Source of the DNA: an uncultured Planctomycetaceae bacterium
GTDB taxonomy: Bacteria > Planctomycetota > UBA8742 > UBA2392
Reading direction: 5' to 3'
Length of the DNA: 64,000 bases
Assembly: GCA_964652605.1 (NCBI GenBank)
Contig: CAZZBH010000004.1
Coordinates: 310 to 64,309 of the forward strand
A model generated the notes under the pieces. The model was given only the letters and a program-made list of their open reading frames with translations. It was not told the origin of the DNA and did no database searches. Below, one piece after another: positions 28,503-37,706 of the stretch (positions are counted from its first letter, which is position 1; each line of letters starts with the position of its first letter). Made by a program: the position numbers and the translations under genes.

Positions 28503-30359
28503 TCAAGGCGCGAAGTGCAGCACAACGGCGGGATCCCTGGTACTGGCAACCAAAAACGGGTTTTGCTCGGCAGCGGCTTGGGGGCCGCACAGGCGGGCGC
28601 ACTGGTCGCGGCGCTGCTGCTGTTGCGCGGCGGTGAGCGGCACGTCACTGTGCCTGTAGATCACACGCCCTAGTTGCTCAGGGCTCATGGTCATGCCCGT
28701 GAAGCGCACGCCGGGGCGGTCAAGCCGGCCCGTAATCTCGGCCTGCACCGGTGTATCGCCTGCACTTGCCATCAGCATCCCGCGCAGCGTGGCGTGGCGC
28801 GGGTGCACGTCGCGATGCATTTCAATGCGCGCGTCCACACTTCCCGTCAGGCCCAGAAACAGCAATTCGCCGTCCTTCATTTCCAGGCTGCCCTCCGCGC
28901 GCACATTGCCCGAGCGATTCTCCGGGCGCTTGGTGAAGTCACCCCGCAACTTGCCGCGCGCGACGCCGCGCACCGGGTCGCAGTTGACTTCAAGCCGTCG
29001 CACGTCGGCTTGCCACTCCAGCGTCAGGGCCGGAAACTGCTCTCCCAGCATCACGATGTTCGGCGTCAGGTCAGACAGGCCCGTGCGGTTCGCGCGCACC
29101 CAACTGATCGGCTCATTCAGTGTTGCCTCTCGCACAGTCGCGTCGAAGGTGCCGCGCAGGTCATCGACCGGCCCGTTGAGCACCAGCTCGCCGGCGCCGC
29201 GGGCCTTGCACCGCGGGTTGGTGGACAGTGTGCAGTCGTCCGCGCGCAGTGTCAGGTCACTGAAGCTCCAGGCTGTGCCGCCTTGCAGCCGCAGGTCGCC
29301 TGACAGGTCAGCCTCCGGCAACTCAAACGCGCGCGTTGCATCAAGGCCCATCACCAGCGGGTAGTAGTAGCTGACACCAGACAGCTCACAACTCAGTTCA
29401 AGCCGCAGGTCGTTCAGCTCACCGCTCACGCGGCAAGTGCCACGCAGCGCGCCTTCAAGCACGTCCACCTTGCGATAGCGGCCCCACAACTCCTTCAGCT
29501 CAAGGTGGTCGAGAGTGCACAGCAGCGAGCTTTCACCGCCCGGTGTCAGCGAGCCCATGAGCGCGCCCTGCACCAAACCGTCGGTCTGAAACGCAATGTT
29601 GGTGACGACTTCGAGCCCCGATCCCGCCTGCCGCACCGCCACGCCGCCCATCATCGTCAGCTCATGTCGCACGCCGAGCAGCGTGACGCTACCGCGAGAC
29701 AGCCCAAGGCTGAACTCGTCGCGAAGGCCGCCCAACGAACCCTCGGCGTGGCTGAACTCAAATTCCGCTGCGGTGTCGTCGCCCTTCAGCGCAATGCTTC
29801 CGTCCCGCACGCTGATCACGACCGGTGAGGCGGATTCGCGCGGGCGGGCAAGAAAGCGCTCAAGCTTTCCCCCGGCTGGATCAAACTCCGCCGTCAGGCC
29901 CTGCACAGCTACCATGGCTGGGCCGGTGCGCAGAAACAGGCCCAGGCCCGGATTGATCTCAAGCGTGCGCGCCTCGACGTGGCCGACGTCGTCGGGCAAC
30001 TGTACGCTGACGCCGGTAAACAGCAGCTTTCCGGTCGCGGCGTCACCGCTGAAGCCGGTGTACTCGATCGGCCCGCCCAGCGCGGCTTCAAGGCTCTGCA
30101 ATGCCTGCGAGCGGCCCCAGTCAAGCCACGGGTTCGCGCCCGCTGCTGAGGCAAGCCAGCAGGCGGCGATCCCGCCAAAGGCGGCATAAGCCGTCGGTCG
30201 CAGGCGTTTGAACCACGGCAACGCAGCCGGCACCACGATCACCGCCGCGAACGCGCCGAATACAAAGGCCAGCGGCGCAAGCAGCAATCCGGCTGCCACC
30301 GGCACTACCGGCAGCTTTCGTTTGGCCGGGGTTTCGGATGTCGTTGTGCGGTCTTCCAT
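28503..30359 (-). CDS. Hypothetical membrane-anchored beta-rich protein (AsmA/TamB-like by composition)
   Basis: 618-aa ORF with N-terminal TM helices (VVPVAAGLLLAPLAFVFGAFAAVIVV) followed by long repetitive beta-like segments. The family assignment is only an impression. Confidence 0.6.
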   Translation of the reverse strand: MEDRTTTSETPAKRKLPVVPVAAGLLLAPLAFVFGAFAAVIVVPAALPWFKRLRPTAYAAFGGIAACWLASAAGANPWLDWGRSQALQSLEAALGGPIEYTGFSGDAATGKLLFTGVSVQLPDDVGHVEARTLEINPGLGLFLRTGPAMVAVQGLTAEFDPAGGKLERFLARPRESASPVVISVRDGSIALKGDDTAAEFEFSHAEGSLGGLRDEFSLGLSRGSVTLLGVRHELTMMGGVAVRQAGSGLEVVTNIAFQTDGLVQGALMGSLTPGGESSLLCTLDHLELKELWGRYRKVDVLEGALRGTCRVSGELNDLRLELSCELSGVSYYYPLVMGLDATRAFELPEADLSGDLRLQGGTAWSFSDLTLRADDCTLSTNPRCKARGAGELVLNGPVDDLRGTFDATVREATLNEPISWVRANRTGLSDLTPNIVMLGEQFPALTLEWQADVRRLEVNCDPVRGVARGKLRGDFTKRPENRSGNVRAEGSLEMKDGELLFLGLTGSVDARIEMHRDVHPRHATLRGMLMASAGDTPVQAEITGRLDRPGVRFTGMTMSPEQLGRVIYRHSDVPLTAAQQQQRRDQCARLCGPQAAAEQNPFLVASTRDPAVVLHFAP

Positions 30360-30449
30360 ACGCTGCTACAAGCGGGCCTCTGCAAGTGCTCTGATACGTT
30401 TTGGCGGACGATTATGACCCTGTACACCGGCAACAACAGCACCAAGATC

Positions 30450-32858
30450 ATGGCACAGTCGGTGCCGAATTCGCTGCCTCTGCTGCCGCTCGTTTCGGTT
30501 GTGGTGTTTCCCTACAACGTCGCAAGCTTTTCCGTGCACCGGCAGCGCAATATCAACCTGCTCAATGCGCTGCCCACCGCCGACAACCTGATTTCGGTGG
30601 GCATCCAGCGCGACGCCAACCGCGACAGCATCAGCGGCCTGGAAGACCTGCACCCGGTGGGTGTCAGCGCGCGACTGATTCACAAGATGTACCTGCCGGA
30701 TGGCACGATGCAGGCGGCAGTGCAGGGCCTGACGCGAGTGCGCTTCAAGCGGCTGAAGGGCCTGGACCCGTTCATCGTGGCTGAGGTCAGCCCCGCGCAC
30801 ACAGAAGGCAACGACGACGACTCACCGGCGATGCAGAAGCTGATCGTGGAGGCGCTGGAAAAGTTCGAGACGCTGGTCAAGCTTGACCCCAACTATTCCA
30901 ACGAGCTCGTGAACGTTCTGAAAATGAACATCAAGGGCGCGGGCCGCTTTGCCGACCTGCTGGCCACCTACATGCAGCTGCCCGTCTCAACCAAGGCCGA
31001 AATTCTGGCCGAGCTCGACAACCGCAAGCGCCTTGAGTTGGTCATCCGGCTGATCGAAGACGAGATTGCGCGCCTTGCCGTTGACCGCGAGGTCAAGCAG
31101 CGCACACAGGTCGCGATTGAAAAATCCCAGCGCGAGTACTTTCTGCGACAGCAGCTCAAGGCCATCCGCACCGAGCTTGGCGACGTCGAAGGGACCGAAG
31201 CCGAAGTCGAGCGCCTGAAGCAGCGACTCGAGGAAGCCAAACTGCCCGAGCACGCCCACAAAGAGTGCCTTGCCGAGATCGAGCGCCTCAATCTGATCAG
31301 CGAAGCAAGCGCCGAGTACAACGTTGTGCACACGCACATTGACTGGTTGCTGAACCTGCCGTGGCACAAGACCAGCCAGGACAACCTCGACCTGAAGCAC
31401 GCGCGCGGGATTCTTGACGAAGACCACTTCGGGCTGGATGAGGTCAAAGACCGCATCATCGAGTTTCTGGCGGTGCTCAAGCTGAAGAATGAAATGAAAG
31501 GTCCGATCCTGTGCCTGGTCGGCCCGCCGGGCGTGGGCAAGACCAGCCTGGGCCGCAGCGTCGGCCGCGCCATCGGGCGCGAGTTCCAGCGCATCAGCCT
31601 GGGCGGCCTGTCCGACGACAGCGAGATCATGGGCCACCGCCGCACCTACGTCGGCGCCATGCCCGGCCGCATCATCCAGTCGCTGAAGAAAGCCGGCACC
31701 GCCAACCCCATCATTATGCTGGATGAAGTGGACAAGCTTTCAAGCAGCCTGCGCGGCGACCCCGCTGCGGCACTGCTTGAAGTCCTGGACCCGGAGCAGA
31801 ATAACGCCTTCACCGATCGCTACCTGGATGTGCCATACGACCTGAGCAAGACGCTGTTCATCTGCACAGCCAACATGCTCGACACCATTCCCGGCCCGCT
31901 GCGCGACCGCATGGAAGTCATCCGCCTGGCCGGCTACACATTGGAAGAAAAAGAGCAGATCGCGCAGACCTACATTATCCCGCGCCAGATCGAGCAGGCG
32001 GTCCTCAAGAAAGGCAAAGTACGTATCCACAAGGCAACGATCCGCGAGATTGTGCGCGGGTACACACGCGAAGCCGGCCTGCGCAACTTTGAGCGGCGCA
32101 TCGCGGCCATCTGCCGAAAAATCGCCACCAAAGTAGCCGGCGAGGAGATGGCACAGGATGAGCCCGTAAGCGTAAAGGCCGAGGACGTCGCCGAGTATCT
32201 TGGGCCAAGGCTGTGGTTGCCGGAAGGCCCCACGCGCAAGCCGGAGGTCGGCATTGTCAACGGCTTGGCCTGGACCAGCATGGGCGGCGACACGCTGCTG
32301 ATCGAAAGCACGCGCTACAAGGGCAAGGGCGGCATCCACGTCACCGGCAGCCTGGGCGACGTGATGAAAGAAAGCGTGACCACCGCGTTGTCGTGGGTGC
32401 GCAGCAACGCCGCGGCGCTGAAAGTCGATGTCGAAGACTTCACCAAGTACGACGTACACGTGCACTTTCCCGAAGGCGCCGTGCCCAAGGACGGGCCAAG
32501 TGCCGGCGTAAGCATCACCACGGCGTTGGTCAGCCTGTTCACCGGCAAGCCAGTACGCGGCGACATAGCGATGACGGGCGAAGTCACGCTGCGCGGAAAG
32601 GTGCTGGCCGTCGGCGGCATCAAGGAAAAGGTGCTGGCGGCCTATCGCAGCGGCCTGAAGCTGGTGTTGCTGCCCAAACTGAATGAAAAGGACCTGCGCG
32701 ACATCCCGGAAGAAGCCCGCAAGGCACTGAAAATCAAGCTCACCGAAGACGTGCGCGAGAACATCAACGCGGCCATAGTAGGCCTGAACGTACCCCTGCC
32801 CAAAGAACAAACCAAACGCCCCAGAAGCCAGAAACGCCGCAAGCCCGAGGAAGAGTAA
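30450..32858 (+). CDS. lon: ATP-dependent Lon protease
   Basis: LON N-domain ([13 protein letters not shown]), Walker [10 protein letters not shown], Walker [10 protein letters not shown], protease Ser [10 protein letters not shown] and Lys GGIKEKV. The start is 30450 (or 30414). Confidence 0.95.
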   Translation: MAQSVPNSLPLLPLVSVVVFPYNVASFSVHRQRNINLLNALPTADNLISVGIQRDANRDSISGLEDLHPVGVSARLIHKMYLPDGTMQAAVQGLTRVRFKRLKGLDPFIVAEVSPAHTEGNDDDSPAMQKLIVEALEKFETLVKLDPNYSNELVNVLKMNIKGAGRFADLLATYMQLPVSTKAEILAELDNRKRLELVIRLIEDEIARLAVDREVKQRTQVAIEKSQREYFLRQQLKAIRTELGDVEGTEAEVERLKQRLEEAKLPEHAHKECLAEIERLNLISEASAEYNVVHTHIDWLLNLPWHKTSQDNLDLKHARGILDEDHFGLDEVKDRIIEFLAVLKLKNEMKGPILCLVGPPGVGKTSLGRSVGRAIGREFQRISLGGLSDDSEIMGHRRTYVGAMPGRIIQSLKKAGTANPIIMLDEVDKLSSSLRGDPAAALLEVLDPEQNNAFTDRYLDVPYDLSKTLFICTANMLDTIPGPLRDRMEVIRLAGYTLEEKEQIAQTYIIPRQIEQAVLKKGKVRIHKATIREIVRGYTREAGLRNFERRIAAICRKIATKVAGEEMAQDEPVSVKAEDVAEYLGPRLWLPEGPTRKPEVGIVNGLAWTSMGGDTLLIESTRYKGKGGIHVTGSLGDVMKESVTTALSWVRSNAAALKVDVEDFTKYDVHVHFPEGAVPKDGPSAGVSITTALVSLFTGKPVRGDIAMTGEVTLRGKVLAVGGIKEKVLAAYRSGLKLVLLPKLNEKDLRDIPEEARKALKIKLTEDVRENINAAIVGLNVPLPKEQTKRPRSQKRRKPEEE

Positions 32859-32864
32859 CCGGGC

Positions 32865-34619
32865 TCAGGGTACAAGCCTCGCGATGGGTAGCGCGCTTTC
32901 GAGCGTTTCGTGGAACGTCAGCTTGCCCGGGCGCTCCTCAATTCCGGCTTTCTGCATTACGCTTCGCGGCTGAGCTTGCAGGCCGATGATCTGCACCAGT
33001 GTGCCCGCGCCGTCCAGCTTCTTCAGCAGGCTTTCCAGCGCGACCAGCCCGGTCGCATCCATCACCGGCACGGCGTGCATGTCCAGCATCAGCACTTGCG
33101 TGTTGCCCGCGGTCGCTATCGCGCCGATGGCTTTGTCCGCCGCGCCGAAGAACAGCGGCCCCGCAATCTCGTAAAGCACCACCCCCGGCGGCAGCTCAAT
33201 CCGCGCGACACCGTCACCGTTGCCTACTACGCGCGCGCCGCTGATCTCGGCCATACGGCGCATGAACAACAGCGCCGCCAGCACCACCCCCACGCCCACC
33301 GCGACCACCATGTCGAAAATGATCGTGAGCGAAAAGCACGTCAACAGCACCGCCACGTCGCTACGCGGCGCAACCCGCAGCATGTGCAGGAAGTGCCGCG
33401 CGTCGCTCATGTTCCACGCGACAACTAGCAGCAACGCGGCCATGCTCGCCATCGGCAGATAACCCAGCACCGGCGCCAACAGCAGCACCGCAGCCAGCAC
33501 AAACAGCGCGTGCACCACCGCGGCTACCGGTGTGCGCCCACCGGCGCGGAAGTTGGTCGCCGTGCGCGCAATCGCCCCCGTCGCCGCGAAACCGCCGAAA
33601 AACGGCGCAGCAAGGTTGCCCAGGCCCTGCCCGACAAGCTCGGCGTCCGGGTCATGGCGCGTTCCCGCCATGCCATCGGCGACCACCGCCGCCAGCAGGC
33701 TTTCAATTGCGCCCAGCGCAGCAATCGCCATCGCGGGCCCCATCAGGTCGGTCAGCAGGCTCCAGCTCAAGCCAAGCGGCGCGCCGTTCGCGCCGGGCAG
33801 GCTCCATGGCAACACCGGCAGCGGCGGCATCGGCGGTATGCCTGCGCGCGTGACGCCGTCCTGCACGTAGCTGAAGCGGCTGGCAATCGTGGCCACCGTC
33901 TGCCCGGCAAATTCGGCCAGCGCCCAAGCCGCCAGTGCGCCTATCACAATCGCCACCAACGGCCCCGGGACGCGACGCGTCACGCGCGGCCAAAGGATCA
34001 GCACCGCCAGTGTCAGCGCGCCAACGCCTGCGTCGGCCCACCCCACCGTCGGCATGGCTTGGGCTAGAGCGGCTACGCGCTCCCAGTAATGCTCGGCGGC
34101 AGGTGCGTCCAGACCCAGAAAATCCTTCACCTGCAACGTTGCGATCACCACGGCTATGCCGGCGGTAAAGCCGGTCGTCACCGGGTACGGCACAAACTGG
34201 ATCAGCTTGCCAAGCCGCGCAAACCCCATGATCGTCAACAACACGCCCGCCATCAGCGAAGCCAGCGCAAGTCCGCCCACGCCATACCTGGCTGAAACCG
34301 GCGCGAGCAGCACGACGAAGGCCGCAGTCGGGCCGCTGACGTTGAGGCGCGACCCGCCGGTCACGGCAATCAACCCGCCGGCAATGATCGCGGTGTACAA
34401 CCCGTGCTGCGGCGGAACCCCTGACGCAATTGCCAGCGCCATCGACAGCGGCAGCGCGACAATGCCGACCACCAGCCCGGCCATCACGTCGCCGCGCAGG
34501 AGTTGCAGCGAATAACCCTCGCGCAACACGCCGCGCAAAGCCACCGCAAGCGGAAACGGCTTGGCGGACGGGGCAACGGCGGGTTTGTGGCGCCCGGTGT
34601 GTCGCTTCTCGGATGTCAT
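32865..34619 (-). CDS. SulP family inorganic anion transporter with C-terminal STAS domain
   Basis: GDVMAGLVVGIVALPLSMALAIASGVPPQHGLYTAII is the SulP signature region. There are about 11 TMs, and the STAS-like C-terminus (VLMLDMHAVPVMDATGLVALESL) is present. Confidence 0.9.
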   Translation of the reverse strand: MTSEKRHTGRHKPAVAPSAKPFPLAVALRGVLREGYSLQLLRGDVMAGLVVGIVALPLSMALAIASGVPPQHGLYTAIIAGGLIAVTGGSRLNVSGPTAAFVVLLAPVSARYGVGGLALASLMAGVLLTIMGFARLGKLIQFVPYPVTTGFTAGIAVVIATLQVKDFLGLDAPAAEHYWERVAALAQAMPTVGWADAGVGALTLAVLILWPRVTRRVPGPLVAIVIGALAAWALAEFAGQTVATIASRFSYVQDGVTRAGIPPMPPLPVLPWSLPGANGAPLGLSWSLLTDLMGPAMAIAALGAIESLLAAVVADGMAGTRHDPDAELVGQGLGNLAAPFFGGFAATGAIARTATNFRAGGRTPVAAVVHALFVLAAVLLLAPVLGYLPMASMAALLLVVAWNMSDARHFLHMLRVAPRSDVAVLLTCFSLTIIFDMVVAVGVGVVLAALLFMRRMAEISGARVVGNGDGVARIELPPGVVLYEIAGPLFFGAADKAIGAIATAGNTQVLMLDMHAVPVMDATGLVALESLLKKLDGAGTLVQIIGLQAQPRSVMQKAGIEERPGKLTFHETLESALPIARLVP

Positions 34620-35029
34620 GAAAGATGGCAGTCTCAGGCGAAGCGGCTGTGCGAGACACCCGTCAGTCCGGCAACCCCCGCCGCGCAAACCACGCGGCAC
34701 GGACTGAGATTATCCGTCGCGCAGTTGCCCGCCAACCCCGTGCACATGTAGGCAGAAGACAGGAGCCCGCAGCGCAAGCGACGGGAAGGCAGGCGACCTG
34801 CAGTCAACTCGCGCTTCGTGTCTTTCCGAACGACACTGGCCTGCCGCGCGAATTGCCGGCGAGAAACTGAAAAAACTTGCGCGGTGTAAGTTGGCTTGGG
34901 GATTGGGGTTTGGTCCGGGCATTACTGCCCGGGCTGTCAGCCAATTGGCTGAATTGTATCCGCCCGTTCCTGTGTCTGAGGGCAAGTCTGTTGCCACCGA
35001 CAGCTTGCTTGCGTGAACAGGAGTGCGCC

Positions 35030-35953
35030 ATGCAATCACCCGCCGAAGCCATCCGAGAAATCGAGTCTCAATTCGACACCGAGTCGCTTGAGCTTCAAAT
35101 CAGCTATTGCAAGGCAATGGCGGACGCATATCCGCGCGCTGAGCGCCACCAGCGGCTGCTGGCGCTGTACACCGAGGCGCTGCGCATGCAGGCGATCCTG
35201 GTGCGCCTGTATGCCAACCTGCGCCTTGGAATCTATTCTCCGTTCATCAACGACGCCGAGCTGATGGGCCTCGACACGCGGCAGATGTACGAAGCCTACC
35301 GCCAGTATCGCCTGGGCATCGACCCCGACGCTGAGCCCGCCCGCCGCAAACAAGGGCGAAGCAGAACGCACGAACACACCGCGCAACGTTCTCCCGCCAA
35401 GCCCAGGCAGCCTGAACAAACATCGCGCGCCCACCTGGGGGCAACGCAGCAGCTGAAGCGACTCAAGAGCATCGCAAGCCGCATTGCGAGAAGGGATTCA
35501 GCAAGTTCAGTAGAAGTCGGCAGCAAAGAGAACATCCCAACAACAGCCACCAGCAAGCCCGTCACCAGCAAGCCGGTCGCGAGCAAGCCAATCGCCGGCA
35601 AGCCAGTCACCAGCAAACCGCACGAACCAACGCCGCTACAACCAGCAACGCCCGTAACCATTGGTCATCGGCCATTGGTCATTGGTAATTGTGGTTCGAC
35701 GCAGCTCACCACAGGTGGTTCGACGCAGCTCACCACAGGTGGTTCGACGCAGCTCACCGCAGGCGGTTCGACGCAGCTCACCGCAGGCGGTTCGACCACG
35801 CTCACCGCAGGCGGTTCGACAGATCGGATCACAGCCGTGTCGGCTGCGCTGCGAATCATTCCTGACTACGCAGCACTTCGCCAAGTTCGTCGTGACACAG
35901 CCCCACGCCGCAAGGCAGGCCCCGGAGGTGCCTGCCTGCGCCAAGCCGCCTGA
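35030..35953 (+). CDS. Hypothetical protein; the C-terminal half is built from DNA tandem repeats (coding status of that half doubtful)
   Basis: RBS AACAGGAG lies 7 nt before ATG 35030, and the N-terminal 120 aa look protein-like. Beyond ~35500 the ORF runs through 15-bp, 37-nt and 24-bp repeats, where ORFs are open in other frames on both strands. Confidence 0.5.
   Translation: MQSPAEAIREIESQFDTESLELQISYCKAMADAYPRAERHQRLLALYTEALRMQAILVRLYANLRLGIYSPFINDAELMGLDTRQMYEAYRQYRLGIDPDAEPARRKQGRSRTHEHTAQRSPAKPRQPEQTSRAHLGATQQLKRLKSIASRIARRDSASSVEVGSKENIPTTATSKPVTSKPVASKPIAGKPVTSKPHEPTPLQPATPVTIGHRPLVIGNCGSTQLTTGGSTQLTTGGSTQLTAGGSTQLTAGGSTTLTAGGSTDRITAVSAALRIIPDYAALRQVRRDTAPRRKAGPGGACLRQAA
35552..35626 (+). 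repeat. 15-bp tandem repeat x5 (AGCAAGCCNGTCRCC; translates S-K-P-V-x)
   Basis: Five consecutive 15-bp units were read directly from the sequence. Confidence 0.9.
35658..35694 (+). repeat. 37-nt CATTGRTCATT-type repeat element (second copy)
   Basis: CCATTGGTCATCGGCCATTGGTCATTGGTAATTGTGG is 29/37 identical to the minus strand of 8375..8411. Confidence 0.8.
35693..35826 (+). repeat. 24-bp tandem repeat x5.5 (GGTTCGACGCAGCTCACCRCAGGY)
   Basis: Units start at 35693, 35717, 35741, 35765, 35789 and 35813. They translate as GGSTQLT[TA]. Confidence 0.95.
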
Positions 35954-36347
35954 GCCCGCCCGTTCCGCCACGCGCGGAGCGGGCAGCCCGCCGGGGCACA
36001 CGCCGGCCTGACATCCCACATACGCCCCCCACCCTCCGCACGCCAACCGCGTGCTGTTCGTCGTGGAATGGCGGTCCCTTGGCGTCACATACCCACGCCC
36101 GTGGCGTGGGCTAACGTTGTAGCGGCGTTCCGCGCCCCCAACCCGTGTTATCGGACGTTGCTGTGTTATCCGGGACTATCGTTGGCACTGTGGATCGTTA
36201 TGATGGCGACAGTTTGTGCGGCCCATTGTTCGGGCTGCGAAAGTTCCCACCGTTGACCTTCTGCGTCAGCTCTCGGCTCCGAACACATTCGGCGCATGCC
36301 AACGAGAACATTGCCGCCGTCGATCACGGGCAATGAAAGTCAATTGA

Positions 36348-37610
36348 ATGACCGTTAGTTTTGAAGACCTGTCTATCGACAGGCGAATCCTGCGTGCCCT
36401 CACGGAAGAGGGCTACACGCAACCTACCCCCGTGCAGCAATCCGCACTCCCGCATGCCCTCTCGGGCCGGGACGTCCTTGCCATCGCCCCGACGGGCACC
36501 GGCAAGACTGCTGCCTTTACCCTGCCCATCATCCAGAAGATGCACGCGGCAGGCGGGCGCAAGGCGACGCCCGGCGCTCCGCGCGCATTGATCGTCACAC
36601 CAACTCGCGAGCTGGCTTTGCAGGTGGATGCAAGCCTGCGCGCATACTCGCGCCACATGCGGGTTCACACCGCCGTCGTTCTTGGCGGCGTGGGACAGGG
36701 CAACCAGGTCAAGGCCTTGCGCCGCGGCGTGGATGTGCTGGTCGCAACACCCGGTCGCCTGCTTGACCTGATGCAGCAGCGCCACGTCACTCTCGACGCC
36801 GTCGAGGTGCTGGTACTGGACGAAGCCGACCGCATGCTGGACATGGGCTTTGCGCCCGACGTCAAGCGCATTGTCGCGCGCGTGCCCAGGCAGCGGCAGA
36901 CGCTGTTCTTCTCAGCCACCATGCCCAAGGCGGTCACCGAGCTTGCGAACAGCATGCTGCGCGAGCCGACCCGCGTCGAAGTCGCAACCCTGCCCAAGGC
37001 AGAGAGGCGCATTGAGCAGCGCGTGATGTTCGTCGATCAGGGCAACAAGACCGCGCTTCTGTCGCGGCTGCTTCAAGACCCGACGGCGCAAAGCGTGCTG
37101 GTATTCGCCCGCACGAAGCACCGCGCGGATCGCATCGTCAAGCAGCTCAACCGGCAGGGTGTCGGCGCGTCTGCGATTCACTCGAACAAGTCCCAGGGTG
37201 CGCGGCAACGCACGCTGAGCCAGTTCGCCAAGGGTGACATCGAGGTGCTTGTTGCAACCGACATCATGGCGCGCGGCATCGACGTGGACGGCATCACCCA
37301 CGTCATCAACTATGACCTTGTGGACGTGCCTGAAAACCACGTGCACCGCATCGGCCGCACCGCACGCGCGGGCGCAGCCGGCATCGCGTTTACCTTTTGC
37401 TCGATCGATGAGCTGGACAAGCTGGGCGAGATCCAGAAGTTCACAGGCGAGAAAATCGAGGCGGTCACGGACCACCCGTACCACCACGAGTACGCGGCTG
37501 AGCAGCACGCCAAAGGCAAACTGCCGCCCAAGAAGGGCAAGCGCCCGGTGTTCGCCGGCCGCCCCCGACACGCAGGCCGTCGTCGCCAGCATCTGCTGGC
37601 CTCTGCGTAG
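36348..37610 (+). CDS. rhlE: DEAD-box ATP-dependent RNA helicase (RhlE-like)
   Basis: Q-motif GYTQPTPVQ, motif I APTGTGKT, motif II VLDEADRMLD, motif III SAT, motif VI HRIGRTARAG, and a basic C-tail. Confidence 0.95.
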   Translation: MTVSFEDLSIDRRILRALTEEGYTQPTPVQQSALPHALSGRDVLAIAPTGTGKTAAFTLPIIQKMHAAGGRKATPGAPRALIVTPTRELALQVDASLRAYSRHMRVHTAVVLGGVGQGNQVKALRRGVDVLVATPGRLLDLMQQRHVTLDAVEVLVLDEADRMLDMGFAPDVKRIVARVPRQRQTLFFSATMPKAVTELANSMLREPTRVEVATLPKAERRIEQRVMFVDQGNKTALLSRLLQDPTAQSVLVFARTKHRADRIVKQLNRQGVGASAIHSNKSQGARQRTLSQFAKGDIEVLVATDIMARGIDVDGITHVINYDLVDVPENHVHRIGRTARAGAAGIAFTFCSIDELDKLGEIQKFTGEKIEAVTDHPYHHEYAAEQHAKGKLPPKKGKRPVFAGRPRHAGRRRQHLLASA

Positions 37611-37629
37611 GCGGCAAACATGTGCAAAG

Positions 37630-37660
37630 CACAGGGCCCGACAGTTCGTCGGGCCCTGTG
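37630..37660. terminator. 13-bp perfect hairpin between convergent genes (candidate bidirectional terminator)
   Basis: CACAGGGCCCGAC-AGTTC-GTCGGGCCCTGTG lies 20 nt after the helicase stop. The U-tract is weak. Confidence 0.6.
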
Positions 37661-37706
37661 TCATTCAGAAGTGGCATCGGCCAGATGCCAAGGCCGCTTC
37701 GCTGCT

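Noticed and set aside
35693-35826. A CRISPR array (regular short repeats here and at 4254..4616).
   Set aside because: The 24-bp units are directly contiguous with no spacers. The 160-bp array has identical 'spacers'. No cas genes are present.
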